A stretch of 64,000 nt of DNA from Rhina ancylostomus. Lineage: Eukaryota. Of this stretch, positions 13,290 to 27,427 are shown one piece after another. The DNA is taken from positions 14,525,920 through 14,589,919 of the forward strand of contig JARFYF010000050.1 in assembly GCA_030265395.1 (NCBI GenBank), written 5' to 3'. Below the pieces are notes generated by a model. That model did no database searches. It had not been told where the DNA came from and saw nothing but the letters and a program-made list of their open reading frames with translations. Position 1 is the first letter of the stretch. The number at the start of each line of letters is the position of its first letter. The translations under genes were made by a program, and so were the position numbers.

Positions 13290-13680
13290 TTGTCATGGTA
13301 GACGAACCTCCTGGATGTGATGGTTTCTATCCAAAAGCAGTAAAACAAATAGTTGAGGAAATTGCATCTGCATTAGGCATGATTTTCCAGAGCACTCTAG
13401 ATTCCGGAATTGTTCCTTTTGGATTACAACATTGCAAGCATCACTCATTAAGAGGAGAAAACAAAAAGACCTAACAGATCCTGTGGGCAGCTACTGGAAA
13501 CTATGCGCAGAGTTACTGACAATTTGCATGAATGTGAGCTGATCAAAGAGATTTACAAAAGAAAAGTCATATAGACGTCATCTACTTGAATGATAGACAC
13601 AGGAATCTTAATGGACCTCTTTAAAAGCATGTGATGAAATTCCATGCAAGAAAATAGCAGCAAAACTTTGCAGGAGTTTG
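13290..13680 (+). mobile_element. Decayed CR1 LINE fragment
   Basis: PGCDGFYPKAVKQIVEEIASALGMIFQSTLDSGIVP matches CR1 SPGPDG.HPRVLKE.A.EI...L..IFQ.SL.SG.VP. Confidence 0.75.
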
Positions 13681-14949
13681 TCTAAGTCAGACCCAGACTA
13701 CTATGCTCACTAAATGTCAAAGCATATGGGAGGGAGAAACAGAGAACCTGGCTGCCCTCTCAGTCATTTGTCCTCAACCTGTTCCAGAATCTTTGCAGCT
13801 TAAAAGCACCTTACGTTTGAGAGATGAAAATGAATACCTTGAAGTCTCATGTGACGGACAGGCAGCATGTGTATTTATACTGCCTGCATTGATGGCAGCA
13901 GGTGTGGCAATCCACACCCAACCATCCTCCTGATGTCTAGGTTCTTATATTTAAATTAATTGGGCACAGACCAGAAATGTCTGTGGGGAGGCTGGAGTGT
14001 GTTCATTTACTTCTGTACATATCTTAGTTTAATAGATGTTAAACTTGGGATATCTTGGTATAAGTTGAAGAGTGTGGTGATTGTGGATGGTCCCAGAACA
14101 GCAGGAAATATCACATGCCAGACAACTGATACCAGAATCACCATTGGGTCTGGGTTTGGGCTGCTTCTTGTATGGTTTACAGAACCAGCCCAAACCAGTT
14201 CCAACATCAGGAGGAATATCTGCCAGCCTGGCAAAGTAACAAATGAATGGACTACTTCAGAGAGACCACACGTTTAAATTTCTTGCCCACACAGCTTCCC
14301 GTGGTGATGGATCTTTCTTGTAATTTAAACCAGATAAAGTATCTTATTGACAACCGACTTTGGATGCAAGGCGTTCAACAATTGTCCTAATTCTGCCTGT
14401 TCAGAACCACTAATGTTCAGCCTTTCAGATTGAAATATGTCCTGAACTCAGCACATGAGAGCTGTGAATCCAGTAATTATTAACACATTTGTCTCTGCCA
14501 CTGGAGTCCCCATGAAACCCGACAGTAGGGCTCAGTCTTGTGGAAATTCCCAGCATTCCACTGAGGAATTGGCCCTCAGATTCTGTGCCAGTTAAAACCT
14601 CGTGTAGGACAAAAAAATTGAGAAGGAAGGAAAGGGGAAAGTACATTTTATTTGAATTAATTTGATTTGTTTAATGTTTTAAATTAATTCTAAGCTTTCT
14701 TGTCTTTAATTGTCTCTGAACATCAAAGATATTCAAGAACTCGAATGACAGTTTTGCCAGAAGGCAGCTGCACCCCCAGTTTTGCCATCTGTCGAAACCT
14801 GTAGGGTGTGTTTCGTGGGCAGGGCCTCTCTACTGCACTACTTCAGGCCAGTGAGGGAGGCCCTCCAGATCTGGCCCTGGTAGGTGTTTGCCTGTGGGAC
14901 ATGGGTAACAGTTCTGGGCAGTGGCTCTAATCCATCACAGTCCGGCCCA

Positions 14950-15800
14950 CAATCTACCACAATGTCCTCATCCAACCTCTCTGTTACTTCATCCAAAAGC
15001 TCAGTCGATTTATTCAAACAGTTTTCCCTCTGCATGTTCATGACAACTTTCCTTTAGAGGTCCATACTCATTTGATCCTAGATTGTTTCTAAAAGCTACT
15101 CCTCGAATTGCATTAAACTATCCCCTAAAGGTTATCTGTCTCCCTCTTCTTTTGAATAATTACAATCCTTCAATCCTCTTGGCCCACCCCTCTTAACCAA
15201 GGAGCACTGGATGAGTATGGCCAGCACCTGAGCTAATTTTACCTCTGCTTCCCTCAACATTCTGGGATGCATCCATTTTAACTACTGCCTGCCATTTATT
15301 ACCTCTGACATTTTACCTTAGCCATCTTCTTTCCTAGCAACTTTGGAAAAGCCTATGCTTCGTAAGCACTGAGGTGAAGTACCTCAGCTGGGTCACCTTT
15401 CTGCAGCCTAGCACTTCTCTGACGACCCTTTTTTTTGGTGATAAGGCTATAAAAAGCACTAGGATTCCTTCTTATAAATTAATTGCCAATCTTTGCCTCT
15501 TTCCCCCCGTTATTTCCTTTCTCAGCCTCTGTGCTTTTTATAGTCAACCTGATTCCCTTTGTATTATTATGTGCCCCTTTTCCCACTTGATCTTGCTACA
15601 ACTACTCAGTTACGCAAAGAGTCCTGATGTTGGTTGCCTTCCCTTTTCACTCTTGTTGGAATGTACTGACTTTGTTACTGTAATACCTTTTGTTCAAAGG
15701 CCGTCCAATGCAGCAATATATTTGTGCCTGCGTAGGATGGATTGATTCCAATTTATCCAAGCCAGATTCTTCCTTAGATCACTTAAAATACCCTTCCTCT
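14950..15800 (-). mobile_element. Highly decayed CR1 LINE fragment
   Basis: Minus strand reads MHPRMLREAEVKLAQVL and NKSTELLDEVTERLDEDIVVD, typical CR1 ORF2 segments. Confidence 0.6.
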
Positions 15801-17803
15801 GTGCAGTATTGCCATTCAAGATTATGCCTTACTCCTTCTATATCTTTTTTCAGATACCTTTATTAGTCACATGTACATCGAAACACAAAATGAAATACAT
15901 CTTTTTGCTCAGTGTTCTGGGGGCAGCCTGCAAGTGTTGCCCTGCTTCCGGTGCCAACATGGCATGCCCACAACTTCCTAACCCATATGTCTTTGGAATG
16001 TGGGAGGAAACCGGAGCACCCGGAGGANNNNNNNNNNNNNNNNNNNNNNNNNNNNNNNNNNNNNNNNNNNNNNNNNNNNNNNNNNNNNNNNNNNNNNNNN
16101 NNNNNNNNNNNNNNNNNNNNNNNNNNNNNNNNNNNNNNNNNNNNNNNNNNNNNNNNNNNNNNNNNNNNNNNNNNNNNNNNNNNNNNNNNNNNNNNNNNNN
16201 NNNNNNNNNNNNNNNNNNNNNNNNNNNNNNNNNNNNNNNNNNNNNNNNNNNNNNNNNNNNNNNNNNNNNNNNNNNNNNNNNNNNNNNNNNNNNNNNNNNN
16301 NNNNNNNNNNNNNNNNNNNNNNNNNNNNNNNNNNNNNNNNNNNNNNNNNNNNNNNNNNNNNNNNNNNNNNNNNNNNNNNNNNNNNNNNNNNNNNNNNNNN
16401 NNNNNNNNNNNNNNNNNNNNNNNNNNNNNNNNNNNNNNNNNNNNNNNNNNNNNNNNNNNNNNNNNNNNNNNNNNNNNNNACCCCCACCCCGCCACCTCCA
16501 GGGTAGTTTATGGCTGAAGTGCACCAACAATGTCAACCAAATGAGTATGGTCACGCACTTACAGCCCTGGCCTGGCCAAGACCTCTTTGCATCACCCCAT
16601 CTAATTATACATTGATTTTAATTCTATTTATACCATGTTGTTCCTATTCTTTTTGCAGCTAGCTGTTGGTGTCCTAGTGCTAATAAACCTTCCCTGAGGC
16701 TGTGCTCAGCACCTCTTCAGCTGCAGATTTAAATCAGATAAACCGTTGGTGCTTTGGGGTTGGAGTGTCAAGGAAACAAATCAACAGAGTGATCTTGGGA
16801 TCTGGGGGGGGGGGGTGGGGTGGCGGGTGAAGGACTAGCAGTTTGTTGAGGAATGGGAGAAAGAATGCTTTTGGGGATCAGTAAGCTGGAAGACAAGGAA
16901 TGTGGGGGGATCGTTGTAACCAGGGTGAAGGTAGGGTATTGTAGTGTCCGGAGTGGGGTGGAGATCGGGGAGGGTTAATGTGGGGAGGATCATTTCAATG
17001 CGTGAAGGAGGGCCAAGTTTGTAATCCAAGTTCTTTCAGTCTTGTTTTGGCACATTGCACAGGGAAGGACGTGCTTGTGGACAACCCCAATGCAGAAATA
17101 GTGTCGGGATTGCAAAAGTGACTGACAGCAGGAAATACCTAGTTGAGTTTTCCAAGTTATGCAAAATGCCAGCAAAACATTTAGCTAAGTTTTGGCTGAT
17201 TCAGGTTGGCATAACGGATATAAATGCTATAAATATTCAGCAAGTCAGTCTGCAACTCTGGAAAGTCAAACAAAGTTACATTTTAGGTTGACGGCCCTTT
17301 GCCAGAACCATGGGCACGAAAGATGTCATAACATTAGTGGAAGAGAGACTGTGCTTTGCTGGTGGTGTGATCAATATTTATTCCTTAACCAAATTCACCT
17401 AAAGTGTTTTTGTGGTTCTCATTACAGTTTGTGAGACTGTGCTTTATATAAATTAGATGCCACATTTTGCCAAGAAGCAACAAAAACTAGTTCACAGTAT
17501 GTGTGAAAGGGACTACACAAATGCTAGTTGTGTTTTTAACTATTACCTGGCTAACATAGTGACATTAGGTGTGAGCACTGTGGATTAAATTTGGGAACAT
17601 CTTTGTTTTGTATGGCTCAGTTATTGACTCTTGAAATTGAGGAATCCACGTCACACCTCTGTTAATAATTGTAGGACAGCCAATTATTCGAGTTATGTGG
17701 ATTTTTCTCTGCAGTCAAATTTGTATGAAAATTTCCTCTAAGTGTCTAACATCTTATTTGTTTATCTCCCCTGCCCTGCCTCCTCCCCCTTCTACCCATG
17801 CAG

Positions 17804-17973
17804 CAGATACGCCCGATGTGTATATTGTGGAACGGCTATTTTCCAGCAGCCTGGTGGTCATTGTCAGCCTTTCAACACCACGGAGGATGAACGTCTATCA
17901 CTTTAAGAAAGGGACGGAGATTTGCAATTACAGCTATTCCAATACCATCCTCACCGTTAGGCTCAACCGACAG
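17804..17973 (+). CDS. WIPI1: WIPI1 exon 3 ([57 protein letters not shown])
   Basis: Pyrimidine tract then CAG|CAG acceptor; donor CAG|GTAAGA; 170 nt, phase 1 to 0. Confidence 0.95.
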
Positions 17974-20900
17974 GTAAGAGAGGTCACAGTTCAGCCAATG
18001 GTGGTTCAAGTAGCCACAAAACTGTTTAGGACAGAAGGGTAAGGTTTGTGAACAGAATAAATGAGCAAGGTATTTGTGTCCACCATTTGTAAGGAATAGT
18101 TCATGGTACTTGATCTTGGTGTTCATTAACACCTACTATATATTGTATTTGCAACCAAAATAAATTGGGTAAATTCGTCACTTCTAAAACCTCTTATTAC
18201 AGGTGGGCGTTCTTCTAATTCCCAGCTCTACCACTCAGAAGATTGGAGGGATCCCAAGTTGAAACTGTTGTTAATGGGATTAATGTAGGATTAGTGTAAA
18301 TGGGTGACTGATTGTCAGTGTGGACTTCATGGGGCGAAGAACCTTCTTCTGTTCTGTATCCCTCTTTGACTCAATGACCATTGAAGAATTTCTCCAGTGT
18401 TTCTGCGAATCTTTCAGTGAGGTCAACAGCAAAAACAACGTGTATTTATATAAGCACCTTTATTGTCTCAAACTATACCAAGCTATTTGAATGTTAACAA
18501 AGTATGACTCCAAGGCACATAAGAACGTATTTGGCAAATGATCAAAAGCTTGGTCAAAGTGGCTGGTTTTAAGGAGAGTCTCAAACAATAGAGGATTGGG
18601 AGAGGTTTACAGAGGGAGTTATAAACTTAAAGCCATGGCAGCTGAAGCCATGGCTGGCATTCAAGAAGGATGAGTAATTAAAATCAAGGAGCTGCAGGAG
18701 ATGTTGAACAATCAAAGTATTTGAACACAATTGTACAATGGGAGAGCCAGTGTTAGACATAAAGACAGCACCAATGAAGAAAAGGACCTTATGTGAATTA
18801 GAATATAGGTATCCGAATATGAGAGGACCTTGTAGAAGGTGGAAGAGGGAGAGTGACCTGGAATGTGGCATGTCAAGTACTGAAAGACATAGATGAGGTT
18901 ATCAGTGGCCTAAAATTGGGGTAGATTGAGTCGGGTTGTTACAGAAATGTATGGAGGCTGTCTTAATTAACAATGTGGATATGTGGTCCTAAGCTCATTT
19001 TTTCAGTCAAATATGATATCAAAATTGCAAAATGTCAGGTTAGCCTTAGGCATTTACTCAGAAGAAGAGGTTAGGAAGCTGAGTTGGTAAAATAGACCCA
19101 GGATAATGGCTTAGAAAGTTTTATGTGTGATGCAATTGAATGTTATCAAAAACCCAGATGAACTTTGTGTGCAGGTAGTGGACTTCCATAAATTTGTTCC
19201 AGATCCTCTGTGCCTAAAATGCACAAAGGCACAGGAGCCACCAATGTCAATAGCATTCAACACTTGTTTTGAAATCAATTGCACAAAATTCCTGTCTGCA
19301 TATAAGGCCCACAAACACTGCAGGTTACTCAGACCAAAGCAGACCTTAACCAAAGAACTGATGCCTCTAATTTCATTAGTTAAAGGGTACCTGCTTCTCT
19401 GTTAGGGAATCCAAGGCATCCAAGTTCTCCCTTACAGGTAGGTCCTCTTTTAAGAATCCCTATTGAAGAAAGGATATATTTGCAATAGAGAGAGTACAGA
19501 GTAATTTAACCAAACTGGCTCCTGGAATGACAGGTTTGTTGTTTGAGGAGAAATTTAGAAGAATTAGTGGTGTTTTCTTTGCATATAAAATTCTTACGGA
19601 GCCTAACATGGCAGACACAGAGATGATGTTTGCTCTGGCTGGAATATCTAGAAACAATGGTTACAATCTGAGAATTAAGGTTCAAACATTCAGGACAGCA
19701 ATGAGAAGAATTTGTTTCAGCTTAAAAAACAGAGAATCTTTTGAATTTTCTCCCCAAGGGGACTGCAGAAGCTGAATTACTGAGTATATTTGAGAGAGAG
19801 AGAGAGAGAGAGAGATCAATATATTTCTAGTTATTAAGGGAGGCAAGGGATATGTAGTTAGTGCAGGAAGTGACACACAGGTATTTAATCAGATATGACC
19901 TTATTCAGTGGTGAAACAGGCACAGTGAACCAAATGGCCTGCTCCTGTTTCTATTTCATAAGACCTGATGTTGGCTTCAGTCTTCAGCTGTGTCCTGGTC
20001 TCCGACCGTGCATTAGTTCCTCCTGGAGAACTTTTAACTTCTTACCTTAACTCACTACTGGGTCATCACATGTCCTTTTAGTAACTTCAAGTGTATTTCC
20101 TACTTTGATCATCTGATTGACATGAGACATTTTTGACCTTAGTTCCAGTGCATACCAACTACTATTTTGAACTACAGATTTGAACCACTTCACCAGTATC
20201 CCATTTCTGTTTCTGATGCCTGCTCATTGGTTTTGTAACTCTATTTCCCTATACTAGAATTGTCTTTCTTTACCCTTTTGTCATTGCCACCTTTTCACTC
20301 TCCCCTCAAAGTTATTAGATTCACGTGCATACAAATGTGTTGTAGCAATAACAGTTCTGTGGGAGTGAAACCCATACTACAGCATGGTGTCATATGATAT
20401 TTAAACAAGAAATTAGAAAACTGGTGATTCATTGCAAAGCTAGAAGCTCTTGGGGGTAATTGTACTCTTAATGTGTGTATAGATCTATCTGCTGCCCATT
20501 AAAAGCAAAATAACATGGATACTTGATGACATTACATAATTGAAACTCTCAAATAAATACAAAGTGAATTGTTGCTATTGTCAGATAATAATTCTTCTGG
20601 TATTGTATGGGCTGCAAAGATCCAGCACAACTCTTCAATGAAAGGCCTCTTATCATATAGATATCTCTTTGTTTGGTTTCAATTATCTTCAAATGCGCAC
20701 CAAGGAAGCTGTCAAAAGTCAAGTCAGGACTCATTGGAATGGTCCTTTCTATGATCTTATTGATGACGAATAGTGTTGCTCTACATTGCTGGCAAATGAT
20801 ACAGATTAAAACTACTTCTTCCAGATTCTTATCAATATTTGGCCAATACTGAAAACTCATGCCAGGGGCATTCATGTGGAAGATATCAGTATGTTCTGCT

Positions 20901-23900
20901 TGTGGCTGGTTTAACAAAAGTTTTCTGGGAAGGTGTGGCATAGCTACTTCATGTTCTCATTTCCAACAACATTGTTCTGTTGACAATTTAAACCTTCTAT
21001 CAAATAAAGCAGACACTTGGTCACACTGGTCCATCCTCTCAGATTGCGTTCATAGATGGGCTTCTTGTTAAGGTGCCTGAGTAAGCTTTATATCTGCCTT
21101 CTGCTCTAGAAGTTGCTTTCACTGTCTACATCAGACAATCCATGCAATTATTAGTATTGGTTTATTATTATTGTAACTTGTACTGAAGTACAGTGAAAAA
21201 CTTGTCTTGCATACCGTTCATACAGATCAATTCATTACACAGTGCATTGAGATAGTACAGGGTAAAAACAATAACAGAATANNNNNNNNNNNNNNNNNNN
21301 NNNNNNNNNNNNNNNNNNNNNNNNNNNNNNNNNNNNNNNNNNNNNNNNNNNNNNNNNNNNNNNNNNNNNNNNNNNNNNNNNNNNNNNNNNNNNNNNNNNN
21401 NNNNNNNNNNNNNNNNNNNNNNNNNNNNNNNNNNNNNNNNNNNNNNNNNNNNNNNNNNNNNNNNNNNNNNNNNNNNNNNNNNNNNNNNNNNNNNNNNNNN
21501 NNNNNNNNNNNNNNNNNNNNNNNNNNNNNNNNNNNNNNNNNNNNNNNNNNNNNNNNNNNNNNNNNNNNNNNNNNNNNNNNNNNNNNNNNNNNNNNNNNNN
21601 NNNNNNNNNNNNNNNNNNNNNNNNNNNNNNNNNNNNNNNNNNNNNNNNNNNNNNNNNNNNNNNNNNNNNNNNNNNNNNNNNNNNNNNNNNNNNNNNNNNN
21701 NNNNNNNNNNNNNNNNNNNNNNNNNNNNNNNNNNNNNNNNNNNNNNNNNNNNNNNNNNNNNNNNNNNNNNNNNNNNNNNNNNNNNNNNNNNNNNNNNNNN
21801 NNNNNNNNNNNNNNNNNNNNNNNNNNNNNNTCTCAACCCTCTTGACCTCAGTACCATGAATAGAGACAGGTGCATGTGCACCACCCCCCTTTCTTGTAGT
21901 CAATGACCAGCTCTTCTTTTGTTGACATTGAAGGAAAGGTTGTTGTCATGACACCATGTCACTAAGCTCTCTATATCCTTCCTGTACTTCGACTCATTGT
22001 CATTTAAGATACGGCCTACTATGGTGGTATCATCTGCAAACTTGTAAATAGAGTTAGAGCAGAATCTGGCCATGCAGTCATGAGTACATAGGGAGTAGAG
22101 TAGACAGCTGAAGAGACAGCCTTGTGGGGCACCAGTGTTGAGAATAATCATGCTGGGAGTGTTGCTGCCTATGTATTTTGCATTGACTAAGGATATTCTA
22201 TTGCATGATCATACTGTTACAGTATAACTGCCTATCCTGTAAGTTGCCATTTGGAATTACCAATGTGGGATGTAGGATTGCTAATAACAACGTGATCTAT
22301 AAGGTGAATAAAAGATAAGAATCCTTTATTAGTCACATGTACATCGAAACACAGTGAAATACACCTTTTGCGTAGTGTTCTGAGGGCAGCCCACAAGTGT
22401 TACCATGCTAACTTCCTGCGATGTTCCCAGTAGGAACAGATGGAATTTCTTCACACTACATTGTTGCTATTGTTTTCTTCCCAATTTGCTCATACTTCTG
22501 TTCACTTTTGTTAAGAGCATGCAAAGGAAATGCTGTAGGCTGTATCAGCTTTTCATCTGCAATATGGCTAGAAATCTGTGGTGCTTTGTACATGTGTAAT
22601 TGTTCATAGTCTTTGTTTTCAGAGAAAGAACATGCAATAGTGTACTTGCATGATAAGTATGTAGTTCACAATTTGTGTATATAATATACATGACCTCACA
22701 TTTTGTAGTTATATTAGTCCATAATTAAATATGGACCCTTGTTTGAAGCTCCTGGTGTCTTCATATTATTACTGTCATTGTAGCTTACCAGCACTCCCTG
22801 TATAATTCAAGGCTTCCCCCAAGTACTTCACATTTGGAAGTCTTTGTGAGCATTTGGAAAGTTGCATCCAGTATTTTTAAATCAAAATGCTCAAATATAT
22901 ATGCATGGTTGCTGTTAATGCCACAACTGAATTTCATCTATGGAGGGAAAAGAAATGCTTTTACCAGGTAGCCTGTCGAGGGTGAGATTTGATATTTATC
23001 AGTTCAAGCGAAAAAAATTCAATCCCTATTTATAACGTTCAGGGTTGCAGGTCAAAACTACCCAGTGTAAAATAGGTGGGTTTCTTTGTTAATAGTAAGA
23101 CTTTTGTTTTGCATGTGTTATGATGGACAATTAATGCTAAAAAGTGAAATGGGACTCTTTTAGGAGGGTGCTCACTGTGGCAGCACTTCTAATGCACATT
23201 GCAACAGTGACTATGTGACTACACTTAAAAGTAATTTGGAACATCCTGAAAAAGGTGTGAAAGGCCATTTTGAAGTGCACCATTTCATTTTCCTGTCCAC
23301 TTCTTCCAGGTGAAGCAGCAACCTACTTGTACTTTTCCCATTTTAGTTTACTGCAGTCAGTGCTCCCTTACATTGGAAAAACCAAATGTAGGTGAGGTCA
23401 GAGCTTTGCGGAAAGCATCATTCAGTCCACAGATCCCTGTCACTTTAATTGTCCATTGCATTCTCACTCTTTCTGTTATGCCTTGGTCTCTTACACTGTT
23501 TGGCGAAGCTCAGTGTAAGCTTGAGGAACGTCATGTTCTGAATTGGTACATTGCAGCCATCAGGACTCAACATTAAATTCAATGATTTCAGATAAGAATC
23601 AATCCTGTGTTCTATCACATAGGTTCCAGAATTCAGTTTATTTATCTTCCCATCCTCTTCTAATAGTTCAGATAACAACAGCCAATCATATCTTCTTAAT
23701 TCACAAACCTATGCTATCTTCTTTCAACCAGCACTACCACCACTTGTGTTGTTCAATCTCTCCTTCTCCCTTGCCCCACCTCCACCCTTTTCCTGCAGTT
23801 TAAAATTTATTTATAATTTTTCCAGTTCTGGTGATGTTATCAACCTGAGACGTTAGCTCAGTTTCCATCTGTACTGATGCTGATTGATCTGCTGTGTATT

Positions 23901-26900
23901 TCCAGCATTTTCTGATTTTATTTCAGCTCCTCAGAGTCTGCAGTTTTTCCTTTTTGCCTGGCATTGCTCCTCAACAATCAAATAATGGCAGGTTTTATTT
24001 CTAACTATAACTGACACCAAGGGAAACTCCAGCTTGTTCATAACTGGAAATAGAAAACAAAAAACACTTCTGAATGAATTTAAAGTAAGCCTGATTTTTA
24101 AAGTTCAGGAGACAAAAACTGCTATAACAACTTCCACAAAATTGAAATGTAGTTCATTAGGTTGTAACTATTAGCATTTCATGTAACTATAAGCATACCA
24201 TGTAACTATAAATATACTTTTCAAGAAATTTTGAAGCCTAGCCCAGCAATGTGACTGCAATTAGCTCTAATACTTCAATGAATATTAATTTCTTAAAGGC
24301 TGTATTATACCTCTTCCCACTATTAAGCTGTGCCTTTGGTTCAAAAGTTGAATTCTTGTCCTTGTCTCATCCATTTCCAGGATGTCTTCTCTGATATACA
24401 AGTGTAGTATAATGGGGGTGCCATGTTGTTGGAGGTGACACTTTTGGATGTGTTCAGTTTTGGCTTCATCTGGTTTCTCAGGTGGAGAAAAGGATCCAGT
24501 AGCAATATATTGANNNNNNNNNNNNNNNNNNNNNNCTTATCCTGTCCAACATGCACCTTGCAGTGCCCAAGATGACTGTGGCATTTCCCTGCACCCCAAT
24601 AGTAACCCACACTTCAAAGGTGATTGGCTGAGGAGAACTTTGGGACCTTCAGAGGTTGTGTGAAGCACCATATAAAGCTTTGTCTTGTTTATTTCATTCC
24701 TCCATCTTCCTCCAAGTTCTCAAAGGTATCTCAGTGTTCCATATATGTTGAGTTGTCTGCACACTCCAAATAACAGATGTAATTGATTGTGTGCTGTATG
24801 TTAGCCCCGGCAATTCCAACTGAGAAACCAGTCATTCTGCCCACTCAGTCTGTGTTGTACACACACATGTTGAACTGGGACAGAATATAAAAGAACATTC
24901 AAAGAGCTGCACATCAGCAGAATATTGTGTGGAGTTTCAGAGAGGGGATTGCCCGCACTGTTCTAAAGTACATTCCAGTAGAGACCACAATTCAGTGCTT
25001 AAAGGTTTGCTGCTAATCAAGACAAGGAATTATCTGAAATGTCAGATTGTGACAATTCATTTTCCCTTCACAGAGGCTGATAGTTTGCTTGGAAGAGTCC
25101 ATTTATATTCATAACATCAAGGATTTAAAGTTGCTGAAAACCATTCAAGATATACCACCAAACCGCACAGGTGGGTAAAATTTAAACTAACGGCAACTTT
25201 TAAAAGTTAATGTCTGGACTGAAAATTACATGAAGTTCTTTAGTGTCACTCCAGATTCTTTGTAGTATAATAAAATGAAAATAAAAGAAAATATCTTAAG
25301 AACCACTAACACAATCATTTGATACTCTTCTGGTGGCTGTTGTTTTGAACAAGATGGAGAGAGATATTATGTCAAAAAAATACTTTCACTTTTGGTTTTG
25401 TGGCCAAAAAGGAAGTAATGTGTAGCAACTTCCTGTATTTGGCCTTGCCAAAAATTATGCAAAATGTTTAAGTCAGACTAATTTCCAACAGCAGTTGTAC
25501 TCAAATCAACTTCAGCACACATCAGTGGAAGAATGTGTTAATGTAGCCATAGTTGAGCTTTTTTTTGCAGTAAAAATAACACACTATCAATTTAAGCCAA
25601 AAAACTTAATAATTTTGTTAGCTTTTCTTCTTCCCATCAGGTTTTATGGAAGAGATTGCCCATGAAGCACACTCTTCAGTACTTGCTTTGACCAAATCTA
25701 CATCTTTCCCCTCTGTTAAGCAGCTACTTTCTCATCTTTCAGTAAGTCCTTCACTCGGGAAAGTGGCAGAATGCGAGTTTGGAGGCTGACCCAAGCGACC
25801 ACAATAACAGAGAAAGAAGCCTGAGAGGCTAAGAGAAAGAAGCATGGGAGGGATGAGGGGGAGAAATTAGAGACATGAAGAGATGGAGGAAGGGAGAGAG
25901 AACAAGAGTAGGGAAAAAGGGAAAGTAAGGGAGCAGAGAGAAAGCAGAGTAAGGGAGGGGTTGCGAGAGAGGGAGAGAGTCAGGGGAGAGGATGGAAAAC
26001 ATGTGAAGGGAAGGAGAGCAGGGGTGGGGTCTCCACTGAAATGCCAATAATTTAAAGCCCTGGCAAATGTGAAATCAATGGAAACTTAGTTCCCCAACTT
26101 AAATAATGGAACAGGAGCAACTCCGAGGAAATTCTCAGATATGCTCGGGAGGCTGACACTTCACGTAATGAATACTGCAAGCTGCTTTTGGGTGAGCTAT
26201 TAAACAAGGACCCAAATGGTTTGCGTAGGTGGGTGTAAAGGATCCTTTTGCGCTATTTGAATGCGGAGCTCTATTGGCGTCTAGGGCAGCAGTAACCATG
26301 AACAAATACCAAAATAGATTGCCGAGTTATTGCTCCCATTGTTATTTCTGTGACCGTGCAGAAAAAAATTAGCTGGCATGTTGCCTACAATCAATTATTG
26401 ATTATTTCAGAAGTAATTATTGGCTTGAAGTATTTTGTTGAAATCCTTCATTGCTATAATTGTTGCAAGTTCTTTTTGCTCACATACACCTCACCCTCAC
26501 AGTAAGACTAACCATTCCACACCCCAAATCTGCTTTAACTGTTGTTATTGTCTGCTTCTCTGTATTGCCTTAGTGCTACAAAGTTATATTTTCACTATTG
26601 TACTTTAATTTCAAATTGTCTATCCTTCCCAACCAATGCAATTTAGAAGCTATTTTTGCACCATTTTAGATGAGGCTAGTGTGGTCTGATGTAGTTCTCA
26701 TAGCTTTACATTTTTTTGTGTTTCACTATGAGTGCATGAAGAACAGTGTACCATCATCCTGGTCTAACATTCTAATATCTAGTTTTGTCTACTTTACCCA
26801 GGTCTCTGTGCACTTTCCATCAATCATTCCAACTCATACTTGGCATATCCTGGCAATGCCACAATAGGGGAGATAGTGATTTATGATGCAAATAACCTGG

Positions 26901-27375
26901 TGAGTTTTTACTTAAATAGGATACAGCAGTAGTTTTCAATTTATGTTAGCATTGCAATTTAATTGACCATTTGAACATGGAAGAAAATCAGAAAGAAAGA
27001 ATCTTTTCTTTACACCACCATTACCCTTTCTTCAGCTACGTGATAAGGCAGCTTTTCCTTTGCAACCATGTTCCATCATAAGTTAACTTGACCTTGAGGT
27101 AAGAGTGATACTCCAACATGACCATTGTAATGCTTCAGAAATGACCATGGAATGCCTCGGTTGAAGGCCTATCTAAGAAAAGTTATAAGATCCTTTGCAC
27201 ATTGGATGTAGATCAGTTCAGTAACACTTGAAGGGACGATTCAAATTCAGGACTTTTGAATGACAGCTCAACCCTGTACCAGAGTTTGGGATAGATCTTC
27301 CACTGACCCTGGGGTCACTACCTTTATGTTTGGACCACGCTGCTTCTTCCAGAGTAGTTCTGGATGCTGTCTTCT

Positions 27376-27427
<52 letters not shown>

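Noticed and set aside
15809-16615. Long ORFs in the track (also near 1568, 5608 and 21168)
   Set aside because: Their length comes from runs of N translated as X.
16659-16700. Possible WIPI1 exon 2 (ttttgcag then LAVG)
   Set aside because: Similarity stops after four codons, a stop follows, and the GY.LFSL motif is absent.
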